DNA of 56,434 bases, counting the filler, from Sphacelaria rigidula (lineage: Eukaryota): the NCBI GenBank assembly GCA_964200075.2. It is 7 parts of 7 records of this genome, joined end to end, with 100 filler letters (N's around TTAATTAATTAA, not from the genome) between each part and the next. Parts side by side here need not be neighbours in the genome. Positions count along the whole stretch, not along the records: positions 24,231 to 32,206 come from CAXNAA020012775.1; positions 32,307 to 40,282 come from CAXNAA020012776.1; 5 more parts are not named here. One strand, written 5' to 3'. Every line of letters begins with the position of its first letter. Positions within the stretch are counted from its first letter, which is position 1. Positions 24,461-38,046 of the stretch are shown piece after piece. A program made the translations under genes and the position numbers. The notes beneath the pieces were generated by a model, which was not told where the DNA came from, did not search any database, and worked only from the letters and a program-made list of their open reading frames with translations.

Positions 24461-26684
24461 CATGTGCATGTAGTACTGCGCGTGTACATGTCGTGGTCTG
24501 TTCGCATTATTATGATGCTTCGTCACTATTAGGGGTGGTGGGTGAATTCAAAAATGTGTTCGTTTTCAGACTGGCGGGTCTGCTCAAACGTAGTATGGAA
24601 CTGGTTCTGTGGTACAGGTAGGTATACGCCGGCCGGAAATGAACTATATTTCTAGTACATTTATTCACGCGAAAAGTATATCCACCTATATAGCTGGATC
24701 CTTATTTCCACTGTGACCTTTTATCATGACCGATCCCGTGTTTTCTTCTTTTCTATTTCGGGAGCCCACATTTTTTTAATCAGCTGCTCATTATGGATGT
24801 TTTCAAACAAAGTGGGTTCGGGTTACGAGCAAAACTAGAGCCAAGTTTTTGGATTTGAGAGCGCCACCGCTACAAACCCGCTCAGCAGGCAGGTGAATAG
24901 CACGCACATAGTTCACATGAACACAGCTACACGCATAGAAGGTCAGAAGGTTTCGAGGTTACAAACTGAGCCACCGGGGCGACCGGCATACAGCAGAGAC
25001 AAACACAAAGAGGACCGACGGAGTATCGAAGTCCAGCCAGCACGAGTCAATGTTGAGCACGACGGAAAACACCCACTTTGATCTTTCATCATCCGGTGGT
25101 GCCGTGGATGAGATTTTTTTCTCGAGATGATGGGCACAAAACATACTGTACGATATAGACTTTACGGTAAAACGGTAGTACAATGAAGTGCCAGGGTGTT
25201 GCAGCAGGCAAGAGTATTCACAATACAGGCCGTGGATTTTGCGAACAGTACGACATTACAAGTATAGGCTATGCTTCGCAAACACGACACAGCTGTAGCC
25301 TGTACTTGTTATCTTGTACTACTCCATTTCCGAGTACAGGCTGTACTCTGCCAGGTTACAAGCACGGGCTGTACTCGCGAGCACAGTAGGTAGCTGTGCT
25401 TTGCCAATACAGTACAGTACTAAACCGTCTTCACTGTAGGGATCGAGGTCACATTCAGATGCACGTCCGTGGCAGTGGATGCAGATGCAGAGGATATGAC
25501 TACTGACTACTGCCTGCACTACAGTACTACACGTGAAGGTTTCACTTTGTTTACTGTGTGTGTCTTACTGCTGTGTACTGCCTGCACTCCGGTACTACGC
25601 GTGAAGGCTTCACCTTGTTTGAAAACAAACGTGACGGGCAGCTGATAAAAAAAATATGGGTCCCCGTAGGTGGATATAGTTTTTGCGCATTTATTCAAGT
25701 CTGGGAGTGGTCGGTGTTGAGGTGATTTTGTTCCTCCGGGAAGCTCGCTCCACATCATTAGATGGACAATCTTGTTGCACTAGCGAGTGTCCTCCCTTTG
25801 TCTGTACCAGTCGGGAAGCAGACGCTCCGAGCTGCCACCCCAGGTGTACCGTCATTGCGAAGATAATAAGACAAGAGCACGAACAGCAGCTGTTGTGGCC
25901 GCTACACACCAACGTAACGACAGTGACTTCCGAGTGATAGCCACCGTGCTGGACAGCGCTGACACACAAAAGAATCGGCACCGGCTGATTTAGACCCACC
26001 CCCAGCCGCGTACATCTAGTGGCGGTAAAGATGCTGCTGATACTGCTGCTGTTGCTTCTTCCCCTTCTCGTGCGGAACGCGATTAGAACGGCGCGTGATT
26101 TCTCGTGATGCTGCAGAACATCTGTGTTGTTTTCTGTTGAGTGTAGTACTCCGCCGCCTTTCTCAACGTGCAGATCTGGGTTACAAGTTTTCGCATTTGA
26201 ATACAGTCCGTCACGAGCGACCAGAAAACACGGCAAAACTGCCTTGTCTGGTGTTGAGAGTAGTACTCTGCAGTTCATACACCACTGCAGAGTTGTCTGG
26301 TTCTGTTCTGAGTGTACCACCCTGTAGTCAAGATAATGGGGTCGTTTTTTGAGCAGGTTCTGCTGCTTTTTTCAGAGGTTCTGCTGGTTTTTTGGAAAGT
26401 ATTCCGAAAAAAACGAGAGTGTTTTCTGTAACAGAAATCTACAGCCAAATCTGGGATAGCCTGAGACAACAACCAATTTGAAAAATTGGACAAGGATGGT
26501 GGGGACCGACTGCGGACCCCGCCAATCCAGTAGGAGGTACTTCAATAAGGAGGATAGGAAAGGGGGGGGGGGGGGGGGGGGGGGTACTCGTTTGTTGTTT
26601 GCCTTCGCCGTTGGCCAAGGAACAAAGCCCCCTTTTCGAGAGGGGGGACGGGGGTAANNNNNNNNNNAGGAGGGGGGAAGGGAG

Positions 26685-26720
<36 letters not shown>

Positions 26721-26799
26721 GAGGGGCGTACTCATTTGTTGCTTGCCTTCGTCATTTGACCATTGACCAAGCATCCTTTTCGAGACGGAGGACAGGGGT

Positions 26800-27870
26800 T
26801 AAGAATTGCGTCCAGCACGGACGAGTGTAGGGCTTGAAAATTGGGGCGTCGAGCATGGAGACAGTAGTCACCAGTAGCAGAGTATGTGGAAAATATAGCA
26901 TACAACACAGGGAGAAATATCTGGATGTCATTCGGCCAAAAAAAATAGATGCAGCATATAGGGACGCTGCGCCAACGCCAAGACGAGAAATTTTGGGTAA
27001 CACAGGTTGGTCGGGTGTCACCAACTTGGACGACCTGAGTATATGATCTGTTGTCGCACAACATGGTCTCGTCAACAGGTTGGAGTCACGATTCGGGTTG
27101 ATATTTCGAGTGGTAAGTCACGTCAGTGCGGGTCGCACTGATGACGATAGGAAATTTCGTTCACGCAAAGTGCCATGATTCAGGTACCTGAACCATGTAC
27201 TATTCCTGCAGCAAACGGGTACATGTGCTGCCGAAAACTGGAAAGCCTCTGCGTCAGGGTACCCTTTGTGGGCAAATGAGTCTGATATAGATGCATGACT
27301 GTGACGGTTGTCGCCACGACTGCGTGTGGTATACGAAGTGCGTAGAAGTAGCTTTCGGCCCAATCAAGTGGCCGGAGGTCTGGCGTAAATATACTGGGAT
27401 AGCTGAGCATATATATATATACCTGCTCCTGACCCGACGGTGTTCAGCGATACCAGATCGTGTCGTTTTTTCTGAGTGCCAAGTGCCATACTTCCCGATT
27501 GTAACGAAAAGGTCAACCAGTTTCGGAAAGTACTCAAACGTACCGCCTACGCTTTCTGGGTCCGGACGCGTAGCAGAAGCGACGCGGAATCCTCTTCCCT
27601 CTGCCAGGGGCGCCGCCTGCTGCCAGTGTCCGATTACTCCCTCTCGGTAGGCCACCTTGTAAAAGAAGTCCGCCAAGTCGTACCGCCCTTCCCTGAGGAC
27701 GAAAAGGGCAGGATGTACGGGACAAGACGTTGAAGTGAACGAGGACACAGCTGCGGCAACAGTCGCCCGGACCCAGCGGTCAGATTGTGTGGGTTGGAGC
27801 CCGACAGCAGCCATTTGTCCAGGTTTCGGTCGCGCGAATACGTGAGAACGAGGCTTTACACGATGAAAAT
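26800..27870 (-). pseudogene. Decayed protein-coding sequence of unassigned family (copy 2)
   Basis: Motifs FSRIRATETWTNGCC, VTIGKYG and SFAHKGYPDA align in order with copy 1. Confidence 0.45.
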
Positions 27871-27875
27871 ATTGC

Positions 27876-28132
27876 AAGGGTCGGACGAAGTGATTATCGT
27901 TCTGAAAATTACTTGATTATAGTGTAATTGATTCGTACCGTACGACTCAATCCTCAGGCTTTGTTTTCAGCGCTGTAACCATGGTACGCACAGCCCAGGC
28001 ACGTAAAATGGCACAAAAATTTGCATGGAGACATTTTTGACCAGCGGTCAACTGTTTTCTCTTTCTTGAGCAGTCAGGCCTGAAAAGTCGTGGATTTGGT
28101 TATTCGAACCGGCGATGATTCGTCCGAACCGT
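27876..28132. mobile_element. MITE family D copy
   Basis: Shares ctttgttttcagc, ccagcggtcaac and ggcgatgattc blocks with 33366-33618. Confidence 0.75.
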
Positions 28133-28770
28133 CAAATATTGCAGCAGGTCGACGGGCTGCCGACGTGATGATACACAGCTCTACTGTATGTCAGTGCGAC
28201 AGTCAGAAACCAGAGGAGAGAATGGCCGGTCGCTTCGAGGCTGCGGACTCTTCCCAAGGGGCAGGGGGGAAACATATTAGTATCTACGACAACGGAAAAA
28301 CAAAATATAGTCCTAAAATCTAGCGTAGTGACTCTCAGCGTAGACGATTGTTTCGTCTTGCGGGGTGGTCTGTCCTCTTGTTTTTGAGATTTGGATTTCC
28401 TGGCGACAATTTGTTTCCGGCGGACCACTTTGTGAAAGAATTGCGCTAGACACGACTTCAACAGTACACAAGAAGAAAAAAGGGCTTCAGACTAAAAATA
28501 TATACCTTCACGCACTTTGCATAAAAACGGTACACAGGCATTACAAAATACGCGGGATTGGTCAAACACGACAAGAATCGGTTGCATTCCGAATTCTTCA
28601 GGCGCGTCAACCAAGGACACATGTGCGCCCGTGTGTATTAGGGAAAAATTTATAGGGAACTATGTTGTGGCCTCATGTGCCCGTGCATAAAGGAGGACTC
28701 TCATCTCATCCGCCACTGTACCCTAGTAACGCGGGAAAAGCCGGAGGTGCACCGGGAGCAGCCATTCGTG

Positions 28771-31263
28771 TGAAATGATACCTGTTCCGTTCACCCCCCT
28801 GTGCCTTGTGAAGGCCATTTATACGGACATCGTGCCTTCTCTGATCGAACAGGACGCTGGTCAGAACCACCGCCCGCAACCATGGGCGCCCGGCGAATCA
28901 AAACACTCACCTCATTCTTCGCCGTTCAAAAACACAACGAACAAGCCCAGAGGAAACACAACGGCCGCCCCTAAAAACCATTTCCGAGATCCAAGTCTAC
29001 TCGCAACCCGCACCAGCGGCCTGCACTTCGATAACCTGCCCCGAGCACTCTACCCCACTAACCTGACCGCAACGCATCTACACCTGTCGGTGCTTACAGG
29101 CGAGGTATTGGACGACGCATGCTAGCCGCGGGATTACGTTAGATATCCCTCCGTCGGAATAAAGTTCGTCACTACTGCTGGAAAAGCGGCGCTCATCAAG
29201 TTCCAAGGGCGGGGAAAGCACAGAAAGATCCTACTTCCTCTGTCCCACAAGATAAGCCCATTTGGAGGTTTTGCCGCATTTTTCGTGCGTATTTTTGGCT
29301 TTTCCCGAGCGCTTTTTTTGTTGTCCTCGTGAAGTTTTGGAGCAGAACTCAAAACTGAGGCTTTTGCCGAGCCCCCACTAGACAAGCAGCGACACTCACG
29401 GCGATCAGAGTGTGCCGGTCGTGCACAAGCGGAATCTACCGGTTGACAGCCTTCTCATCGATTTTTGGAGACACGGCTTTTTCCATGGTTCCCGAGGCGT
29501 TCTAGAGAACCGCCCGAAAACGTCATTTTTCAGTCTGCCGCCACCGCAGCACTATTTGAGCACTCCGCAGTCCGCGTATACCGGATTCGGGGGTATAGGC
29601 GCCCATCCCGGGGACAATATCACGTTGTCCCTGGGTCTGGAGGGTCTACTTGTTCTCACACATGTCACCAACACCTGGAAACACACTACCGTGGGTCTGA
29701 GCATCGAAAAAAAGGTTATTGGTACCCCCCGTATCGCACATTGAGCCAAAGTTGTGCCAAAACTCTGACCTTCCTTCGGAAAATCTCACTGCATGAGCCC
29801 ACTTCGTGAGTTTTCACGCCGGGGATGATAACATGTGATCCCCTGGGGCTATTGTTTCTTCTTTACGTGATGGCAACCATATGTGGAAGACATGTTGGAG
29901 GTCCGTATGTCAAAAATAACTGTATTGGGTTCATCATCGCAATACTTCACCATGAGCTTTTCCGATGAGATTTTCCAAAGGGGCATATCATGTGGGACAG
30001 AGAAAGTACACATTTGGTAAGGTTTACGGCCCGACGAGGGGATGAAATATTGACTCCGAACCAATTTCCACTCGTGTAGTTCTGGTAGTTCTGGTGGGGG
30101 TATGAATAACAGCAGGCGGTTTTCACCATTGGTCTGACTGCATGCGAAAACTAGTTTGATGGCAGGCCTGGGTTTTCATCCCCAACGGGTCGCAAAAACG
30201 AGGTACGAGTCACGCGGTGCGACCCCGCTCCCCCCTGTATTACCCAATCCGCACATGTGTTGACACGTTTGACACGTTTATGTACTTGGCGAATGAAGTT
30301 AGGGATCCAACAGTGCGCGACCACCACGATCATGACCTCCCGCACCGTAGCATCCTTAACTACAACGCAGTATTCCCAGAGCGATTGTTTAATCGTCGGT
30401 GGCGGCTTCAATTTCCGTACACATTTTCGATAAATGAGACGCTTTATAGTGTCGTTGCTACAAGTTCTGGAACTCATTTGAACGATCGTGGCGTCATTAT
30501 GTTGACATAGCGAATGCATTCAACTCGCTGAAATAAACGTCTTGACTCATGTACAAGCCCAAAATCACTGTGTGAGGCCATGAAGCATCCACGAACTCCT
30601 TTCCCTAGTACGAAATTAACCCCCCCCCACCCCCCTCGCGCTTTTCAAGGACCACTCCTCACTTATCTCGGGTGAACTTTTGACTACTTGCTGTGAAACA
30701 CGTCGATGAACAGAGCTGAACTTGTATCCCGACAGGCTGGGCTCTACTGTGCTGTACTGAACGGTTTTCCCAGTGTTTTCGTTTCCAAAATTGGTGCCAC
30801 CATTCTGTGCAAAACTCCATCACCTATCTGTTGCTCGCAATTGCTGCGGGATCGTTTGCAGTACAGGTGCATCTAATTCCGAGAGAGGAACATATTATCC
30901 CACGGCCAGTACGTGCCGCGCCATCATCATTTCCGAAAACACCGAGAGGCGCTGATACTATGCCTTCAGGTGGATGGAGCAGGGTGCGTGGGCCAGGTAA
31001 TCGAGTTGCCTGTCGTTGATGCAGGCTGGGAGTAGACTCGGAGTTCGGAAATGTTGTTCGAGGCGGTCGTTGTGTTTCCTCCGCTAGGCTTGATCGTTGT
31101 GTTCTTAAACACCGACAAGGAACGTAAAAGTATTGTCCGGATGCAAATGGTTGCGGGCGGTGTTTCTGACCCGCATGCGGTTAGACCAGGGAAGGTACGA
31201 TATGAGTTTAACCGACCTTCACAAGGCACTCAAGGGGGTGACTGGAACAAGTGCTATTCTTCA
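28771..31263. repeat. Diverged inverted repeat pair (about 300-bp arms, 28771-29071 and 30961-31263)
   Basis: Collinear shared blocks in reverse complement: gtgccttgtgaagg, ggtcagaa.caccgcccgcaaccat, gaggaaacacaacg, catttccga...agtctactc. Confidence 0.8.
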
Positions 31264-33251
31264 AAATGAATGACCGCTTCCGGTGCACCTTTGTCTTTTC
31301 CCTCCCAACCACGGTACGACGGCGAATGAGGCGAGTCTTTTTATATACCAGGGCTCACGAAGCCAGAACACACATTTCCCGTCCACTTCTCTGCTCTACA
31401 CGGATGCTGCATGTGCGCTTGATTGATGTGCCTGAAGAATCATGAGTGAAAATGGTGTTGTTACCGTGTTTGACCAGTTCCGCGTGTCTCGTTAAAACAT
31501 GTACGGCTTTTATGCTAAATACGACGTGTTATATATTTTTCCAAATTGAAGCCCAGTAGAAAAAAAACTACTACTTCCTCTGTCCCATAAGTCTGGGGAG
31601 TTATGTTTGTACGAGCCCTTAACGGTGTCGGATGTCTTCGGCGATATTTTTTTTGAAATCTTGAGCGTTTTTCGGGTTGAAACACATGTTTTGCTCTTTC
31701 TTGTGCACTACCCTGCATGTGCTAGCGGCTAACAAAAAAGTAGTCAGGTCAAAAATGGCCGTATTTTGACCACTTCCCACTGGGGGCACTATCAAAAAAC
31801 ACTAAAATCCCCCAAGAATAATCCCCAACCCTAAACCTAACCCCCCTCTACTCATCGATCCGTGTCGCATCCCCCCATACTACAACCAGTATAATAGTGA
31901 CCCCACACGAAAACCAAGACACTTGGGGGGCAAACCAAACAACAGTGGGCCCCTCCCTCTACTCAACGCTCCAACTCATCGATCCATGTCGCATCCCCTA
32001 TACTCAAACCAGTATAACAGTGACCCCAAACTAAAACCAAGACACTTGGAGGTCCCACACTAAAACCAAGACGCTTGGGGGTCCCAAGGGGAAAACAAAC
32101 GATTAGTTGTCCTCGCAACCTCCACCGCGATAGCAATGCGGCGGCCCACGGATAGCTCGCCGCCCTTGCAAGGGGGGGGGGGGGTGTACTCATGATCATG
32201 CTTGCCNNNNNNNNNNNNNNNNNNNNNNNNNNNNNNNNNNNNNNNNNNNNTTAATTAATTAANNNNNNNNNNNNNNNNNNNNNNNNNNNNNNNNNNNNNN
32301 NNNNNNCAAGCTTGGCACAAGCCAGGAGAAGCCGTTCATGCACGTGCTGCACAGTACAGTACCTACTATCGTCATTATCCATCTGATCAGGGGGGTACCT
32401 ACCCATCCAAAATGAGGCACCCCCCCCCACCCGTCGCCCAGAATGACGTTTTCGGGATTTGGGGGCGGTGAATAACGTATTCCAGTCTGTAAGGCCCCTT
32501 GCAAGGATGGTCGGTATATCTCATACCCTCCTAGATAATGATAATATTTACAGTGGCAAAAAGTGTAACGAGTACAGTATCGGAATGTATCTTCTTTTGC
32601 GTGGACGAAATATTTCGATACCGTACCTACCTCGTACACTTTTTGCCAACGTAATGTAGTCATTATCCAGCGTGTGGAATGTTTGACACTCTATTCTGCT
32701 CTGTTCAGATGCACTCGTGTTTCACCGGTTGCTCCTTCCTCCCGGGAATGTGACATGCATGCGGCAAGCTAGATATGTACGTGCACCATACTTGGTACAA
32801 GGCCATAGCAAGGACTGCACCGTAGCATAGAAATAAACTAGATGGCCCTGATTCTACGTCACATGCAGAAAAAGATCATGGGGGCAAGGGTAAGCCTCGG
32901 CAGTTCTGTTGTTGTAGCGAAAGGCGGCACACTGACGTGGTGCTTCAGTCATTATCCACATACGTTTTGCCGTTCGAGGGGGATACACTCTTCACCCGAT
33001 GAGAAGAAAAATATATATTCCCGCGTGTGAAAACAAGATGAGTGGCGTGTCGTTGTCTTCGAGAACACGATGGAATTATCATCCTGATAAAAACGTTACG
33101 GAACAAGAGACGTAAGGTATCTGAACCCGAAAAACAACGGAAATACTTGGTGATTGAGAGCCAAAAAAATTGATTAACTGATTGGTTGGACGGATGGATG
33201 GATGGTTGGTCAGATGGATTTTACTTTTTTGAACAAGGGAAGTTCAATATT

Positions 33252-33297
<46 letters not shown>

Positions 33298-33365
33298 GCA
33301 GCAGCAACAGCCCCGGTTTTTCTCGTTCATGGATGCCAACTTGCTCATCAGGGTGAAACCTACCG

Positions 33366-33618
33366 AAGGTCGGACTAAGAAATGATTCGTCTGTAAATTA
33401 CGTGATTTCAGTGTGATCGAGTCGCGCCGTACGAATCAACCTTTGGGCTTTGTTTTCAGCATTGTAACCCAGGTACGTGCAGTCCAGGCTCGTGGAAGGG
33501 CGCAAGAAATGCGTGGATACTGTTCTGGCCAGCGGTCAACCTTTTCACTCTCTCGAGCAGCCAGGCCTGAAAATCGTGGATTTGGTGATTCGAATCGGCG
33601 ATGATTCCTCTCAACCGT
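33366..33618. mobile_element. MITE family D copy
   Basis: Same orientation and shared blocks as 27876-28132. Confidence 0.75.
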
Positions 33619-35366
33619 TAAACCTACAAACGTACCGCATAGTATATATACTTCGCGTGTTTCGTGTGGGGATTTCGTTCCCATACAGAAACGTCGCGTT
33701 TGTACATGGAAGAGCGAGGCGGTTGTGCTTTGCTCTTTTCTGTACGAGCTGGGCCAGCAGTAAATCCCGCAAGTCGCTTTCCGCACCACAACTTCTCAAG
33801 TGTCCCAAATCAGCGCGACTTGAGCATATCGCTGTGAAGCGCAAACCAACCTGGTAACGCGCGGCACCGCCGCTGAATGAAGAAAAAAAGGGGGGGGGAA
33901 ATGTTCTGCAAAATATATTACCTTAACGACGGACGAAAAAAAAAGAGAGCATGTCGGAATTCGAACTCATCACCTCCATAACTGGACGAGTCCCCTGGAT
34001 CACTTGGACCAAAGGGGCGCGGCTGTGTCGCACGAAAAGTGCGACGCGAAGCCCCATTTGACGTATTTTTGGCCGAAACTGTACCAGGATGTCGTTGACG
34101 GGAGTGCCCGTGTATGTGTTGGAATGTTGTCGTCGTTTTCATCAATTTTTCAGGGAGTTATAGCATTTTTCCAGTATCAGCTGAAACTTCAACTCGCTCT
34201 AACTTCCTGTTTATTTTTATTTTTTTCCTCTGCACCACTTACAGGGTTGCGCGGGTTGACGATAAAAAAAGTCGTGTGAAAATTTCAGCGCCTAACTCTT
34301 CGAATCACCGATCGCATCTCCACTCTTCATTCGAAAATCACCATCAGCTCGCCCAGCTTGTATCTGTTTTCGTTGCAGCGGGACCCTATTAATAGTACTA
34401 CGAACACAAAATGCGCATGATAGAGTACAACCTTTGATAGTAAAATACGTCGCTCTTGTACATCCCGACGGCGAGTCTACGTATGCTGCGGACATGTGAA
34501 GGTGGCCCTCCGGCTTCTGCTGCTGAGTGTTGCTGTCGTAGTTCTACGTTGGCCATAGGCACGTCGAGGCTCGATAGACGGGCGTATAGTGTCTCTCTTG
34601 TTGCGTGGGAGAAGGGTGGGTATCGGTGTGGCCGGTGGGCAGGCTCTACAATGAAACACGGGTAGGCAGCGGGGTCCTTGAATATTAGACTAATGGTGCG
34701 ATTCCTTGCAGTTTACCTAGGGCGCAGAGAACTCTATAGCAGATAGACTGGAGGACGTAGAGTCGTCCGTCTGATGTCACTGCTGGGGACTGCTCTAGAG
34801 TCTCGTGACCTTTTCATTGGTCTCTTCCTGGACTTTTGAGCACGCGTATGCGTATATATGTGTTGTTATCCATTCGTATCCTTGCATACACGACGTGGAC
34901 ATGATCTCCACGTATAATTGAGTGAAACTCATAAAATATTTCGGCTGTATAGACCAAGTGTAGGTTATACTGCAACTCCTGCGTTGTGCTCAGAAGCGAC
35001 AAAACAAGCAGTTTTTACTGCGATGGGCTAGGTCTAGGCCCTCCCGCTTTCAGAAATGGGCTTCCCCCGCCCCTTAAAAAAAAAGGGCATTCAGTATCGA
35101 CACAGCACGGGGAGCATGTGTCTGTCTCATGTACCACATGTTCTCCATTTTTGTGCAGACAAAGCGTCCCACAAGGTGGGTTTTTACCGACTTCGACGAG
35201 CACAACCCCCGCTCTCCGTTTCAAGCAAATCGAGCACGAGTTGTAGTATTCAACGTTACAGTACAGTGCTTGGCGATACCCACTGCACACTTGATACGCC
35301 ACCTGGTAGTCCCTCCAAAGTACGTCCTCTTGTGCCTCATCAACGTCCATGAAAAGAAGGACTCAC

Positions 35367-35630
35367 CTGTCAGCAGGCAGCACAAATCCTTCGGGGGAAA
35401 AATCGATCGGATTTGGGAGCAAGCTCTCCGTGCCCCCCCCAAGTTGCCCCGACGATGCGGTGCTGCCGCTCGCCGCGCCCCTGCCCACCGCCGCCGCCGC
35501 TGCTGCCGCTGAAGAAGCGGCGCTGGTTAGCTCTCGCCTGTGTCTGGCTAGGGTGCGGAGAAGCCTGTCCTTTCTGCCGATGCACCATGATCCTGGAAAG
35601 TGGTTCACCTTCTGGAACCGATTCAAATTT
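35367..35630 (-). CDS. TTLL4: TTLL4-like exon
   Basis: NLNRFQKVNHFPGSWCIGRKDRLLRTL...IDFSPEGFVLPADR; QKxNHFPGS..IGRKDRL is the TTL-family signature. Phase 2/2, GTGAGT donor. Confidence 0.92.
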
Positions 35631-35639
35631 CTTCAACAA

Positions 35640-35657
35640 TTGTCGCCGTCGTCGTGG

Positions 35658-35697
<40 letters not shown>

Positions 35698-35708
35698 CGT
35701 TGTCGTCG

Positions 35709-35779
<71 letters not shown>

Positions 35780-35780
35780 G
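35640..35780. repeat. (TTG)n/(CAA)n microsatellite, intronic
   Basis: Seen directly; shorter tracts at 33253-33310 and 42748-42780. Confidence 0.97.
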
Positions 35781-36556
35781 ATAATGATGAGACAGGATTA
35801 GTTTCCATGTTTTGGGTTTTGATTTTTGGCAAGAAGGAAAAATGAAAGAGATGCGAGACCGGCGATAGATATAAGAAACGCACACACATGCAGAGACGGA
35901 AGTACGAATAGGCGGAGGAAGGGAAAGACAGACAAACCGACAGGCAGCAATAGAGCACCATATAAACACAAGCGCACGGCAGCAGGGAGAAGGGAATGGG
36001 GAATAATCGGGGATTAAGAGATGATACCGGTTATCGGAGGAGAGTGGGGGGGGAGGGGGTGGCTTGGTGAGCTCAGTATTCACGAAACGAAGGATAGGCG
36101 TTTCACTCTTTTTTTTTTCAAAAGTTTGACACATGGGTTTTTGTCGAAACACGGTTCAAAACTGTTGATACTTGGCTTCATTTACATCGTGAACACGTAT
36201 TCCCACCGAACGGGAATGGATAGAAACACCGCGCAGCTGGACATCTCGTACTGTGATCCTGCTTCATACGATGGTTGTAGCTCGCCAGTGGCATATGAAG
36301 TCTCTTTGCACACACATGGATTGGAATTTAGATTTTCACGGCCAGAAACTCTTGATGCGCCCAGACCCCGAGTTGGACGCTACACGAACAGGCTTTGTTT
36401 TTGTTTGTTTTTTGGGGGGGGGCTTCGGATTTGTTCTTTCGGTGGAGAGCACAACCGCCCACATCCACTTCACCTCCCTCCACCTACGCCTTGAAAAACG
36501 ATGGACGTCTGAAGGCTGAAAAAGAGAAGGAGAAGGAGAAGAGAGAGAGATGGCAC

Positions 36557-37662
36557 CTGAAAGCTTCTCGAGTAGGATGCTTGCCCCAAGACGCCGTCCA
36601 CGTGAGCGTGCTGCGTGTGCGCGAAAACCCGGCGCGAAAAAATGCGTTTTTCACGCTGTTCCGCTCCCAGTGGGTCTTGAACAGCAGCCGCCTCCCCCCC
36701 AGAGGCTCCGTATAGTACGAGTTGTCGAAACGCGCCATGGTCAGCTCTTTGGGATACTCGAAGAACACGGTGGGAGGCCGATCGGGAAACATGCTCGCCA
36801 CCAGCTTCACTTCCCCCGGAATAGGGTCGAACGGATCTTCATCAACGTCTGCCGCATCGTCGCTCTCGTCGCCCCCGCCGTCATAGTCGTGATCATAAAC
36901 GTCACTACCGGCGGTGTTGCTACCGTCGTCGGAAGATGCAGATGCAGCCTCCGAACCCTCTTCTTCATCGTCTTCGTAGGCGTCGTCGTCGTTTCCTTCT
37001 TCGCCTCCGTCACCTGCTAACCGGCAACGGTCAAAACCGCGGCGAAAATGTGACGGTATTTCCCCCCGCAGATGGCTGTCCCGTGTAGCAGCGGTCGCCG
37101 TCGCCTCCACCACCGCCGTCGCCGCCGTCCTTACTGCTGCCGTTGACAGCGTCGGGGTGTTATCGCCGCCGTCACTCTGGCCGTTGCATCTATTTTCACC
37201 GACACGGCCATGACCAACAGCCCTACCGATACTGTCGTCACCGCAAGTTGCTGTACGACGGCTGCTACCACTAAAATTGCTCACCGTATCACTCCACCCG
37301 GCAGACGCGGCGTCGAAGTTAGTGGTGTCGTCATCACCCTCACCACCGCCATCGCCATCATCCGCGCCGCGGACAGCGGTCGCCGCTCGGGCGTCATGTG
37401 GACGTTCAAAGCTACCGTCGACGCCACTGCTGCGCTTATTACCCTTCGCAATACGATCGACGGAGCTGCCGCCGCCGTACCAGGACGTGCCGAACGCGCT
37501 CGCAGGTTCTGATCCTCCGGACAGAATGCCCTCGTCAGGAAGGTCGTCAGACTTTGTCTCTTCTCGCCCGTGTAAAGCCGGCGTTACCGTCATGATGGAA
37601 GCTTCATCACCGGTAGCGCCCACACCAGCGGCAGAGTTCGCCAACCCCCCCTGCTTACCCAT
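36557..37662 (-). CDS. TTLL4: Tubulin glutamylase TTLL4-like, large exon (low-complexity region plus start of TTL domain)
   Basis: ORF ends in SMFPDRPPTVFF...NSVKNAFFRAGF...WTASWGKHPTREAFR, then a GT donor at 36555-36556. 5' boundary uncertain (ATG at 37662 or acceptor at 37650). Confidence 0.82.
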
Positions 37663-37860
37663 AGCAATAGCTAGGATGACTCAAGTCGACCGATTTCCCG
37701 CCTTGTGAGCACCACGGCAGGAGATATACAGGGTGCCGTGTGAACGACTGCCCCACCGTGGCGAAGGGGATTGGAACGGCGGCAACCGACATGAGCGGGC
37801 AGAGACGCGATTTGAGGTTGTGAGCTCGAATGTGCACGGACAAGGTGGTGTCTACAGGCG

Positions 37861-38046
37861 AGGGGGTGTCTTCATGATCCTACATGCCGTAGTGATAAGA
37901 CCATGGGCGTCACATCCTTACAAAGCCGGGACGGGGCACGCCGGGTTTTCGCCGGACCAGGCTCGCAATCAACAAGCACGAAGCGCCGTAAGGTCTTCGG
38001 TGAGTCGCATGGAGGGTGAGCTGCATCCTGCCAGGATTGTTCGGCC
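37861..38046 (+). repeat. Long copy of the poly-G-headed repeat
   Basis: Aligns by eye with 3820-4012. Confidence 0.85.

Noticed and set aside
35370..36152. ORFs with poly-Q, poly-T, poly-C, poly-V or poly-L
   Set aside because: Translations of an intronic (TTG)n microsatellite next to the TTLL exon.
36550..37708. Plus-strand ORFs overlapping the TTLL exon
   Set aside because: Antisense shadows of GC-rich coding sequence.
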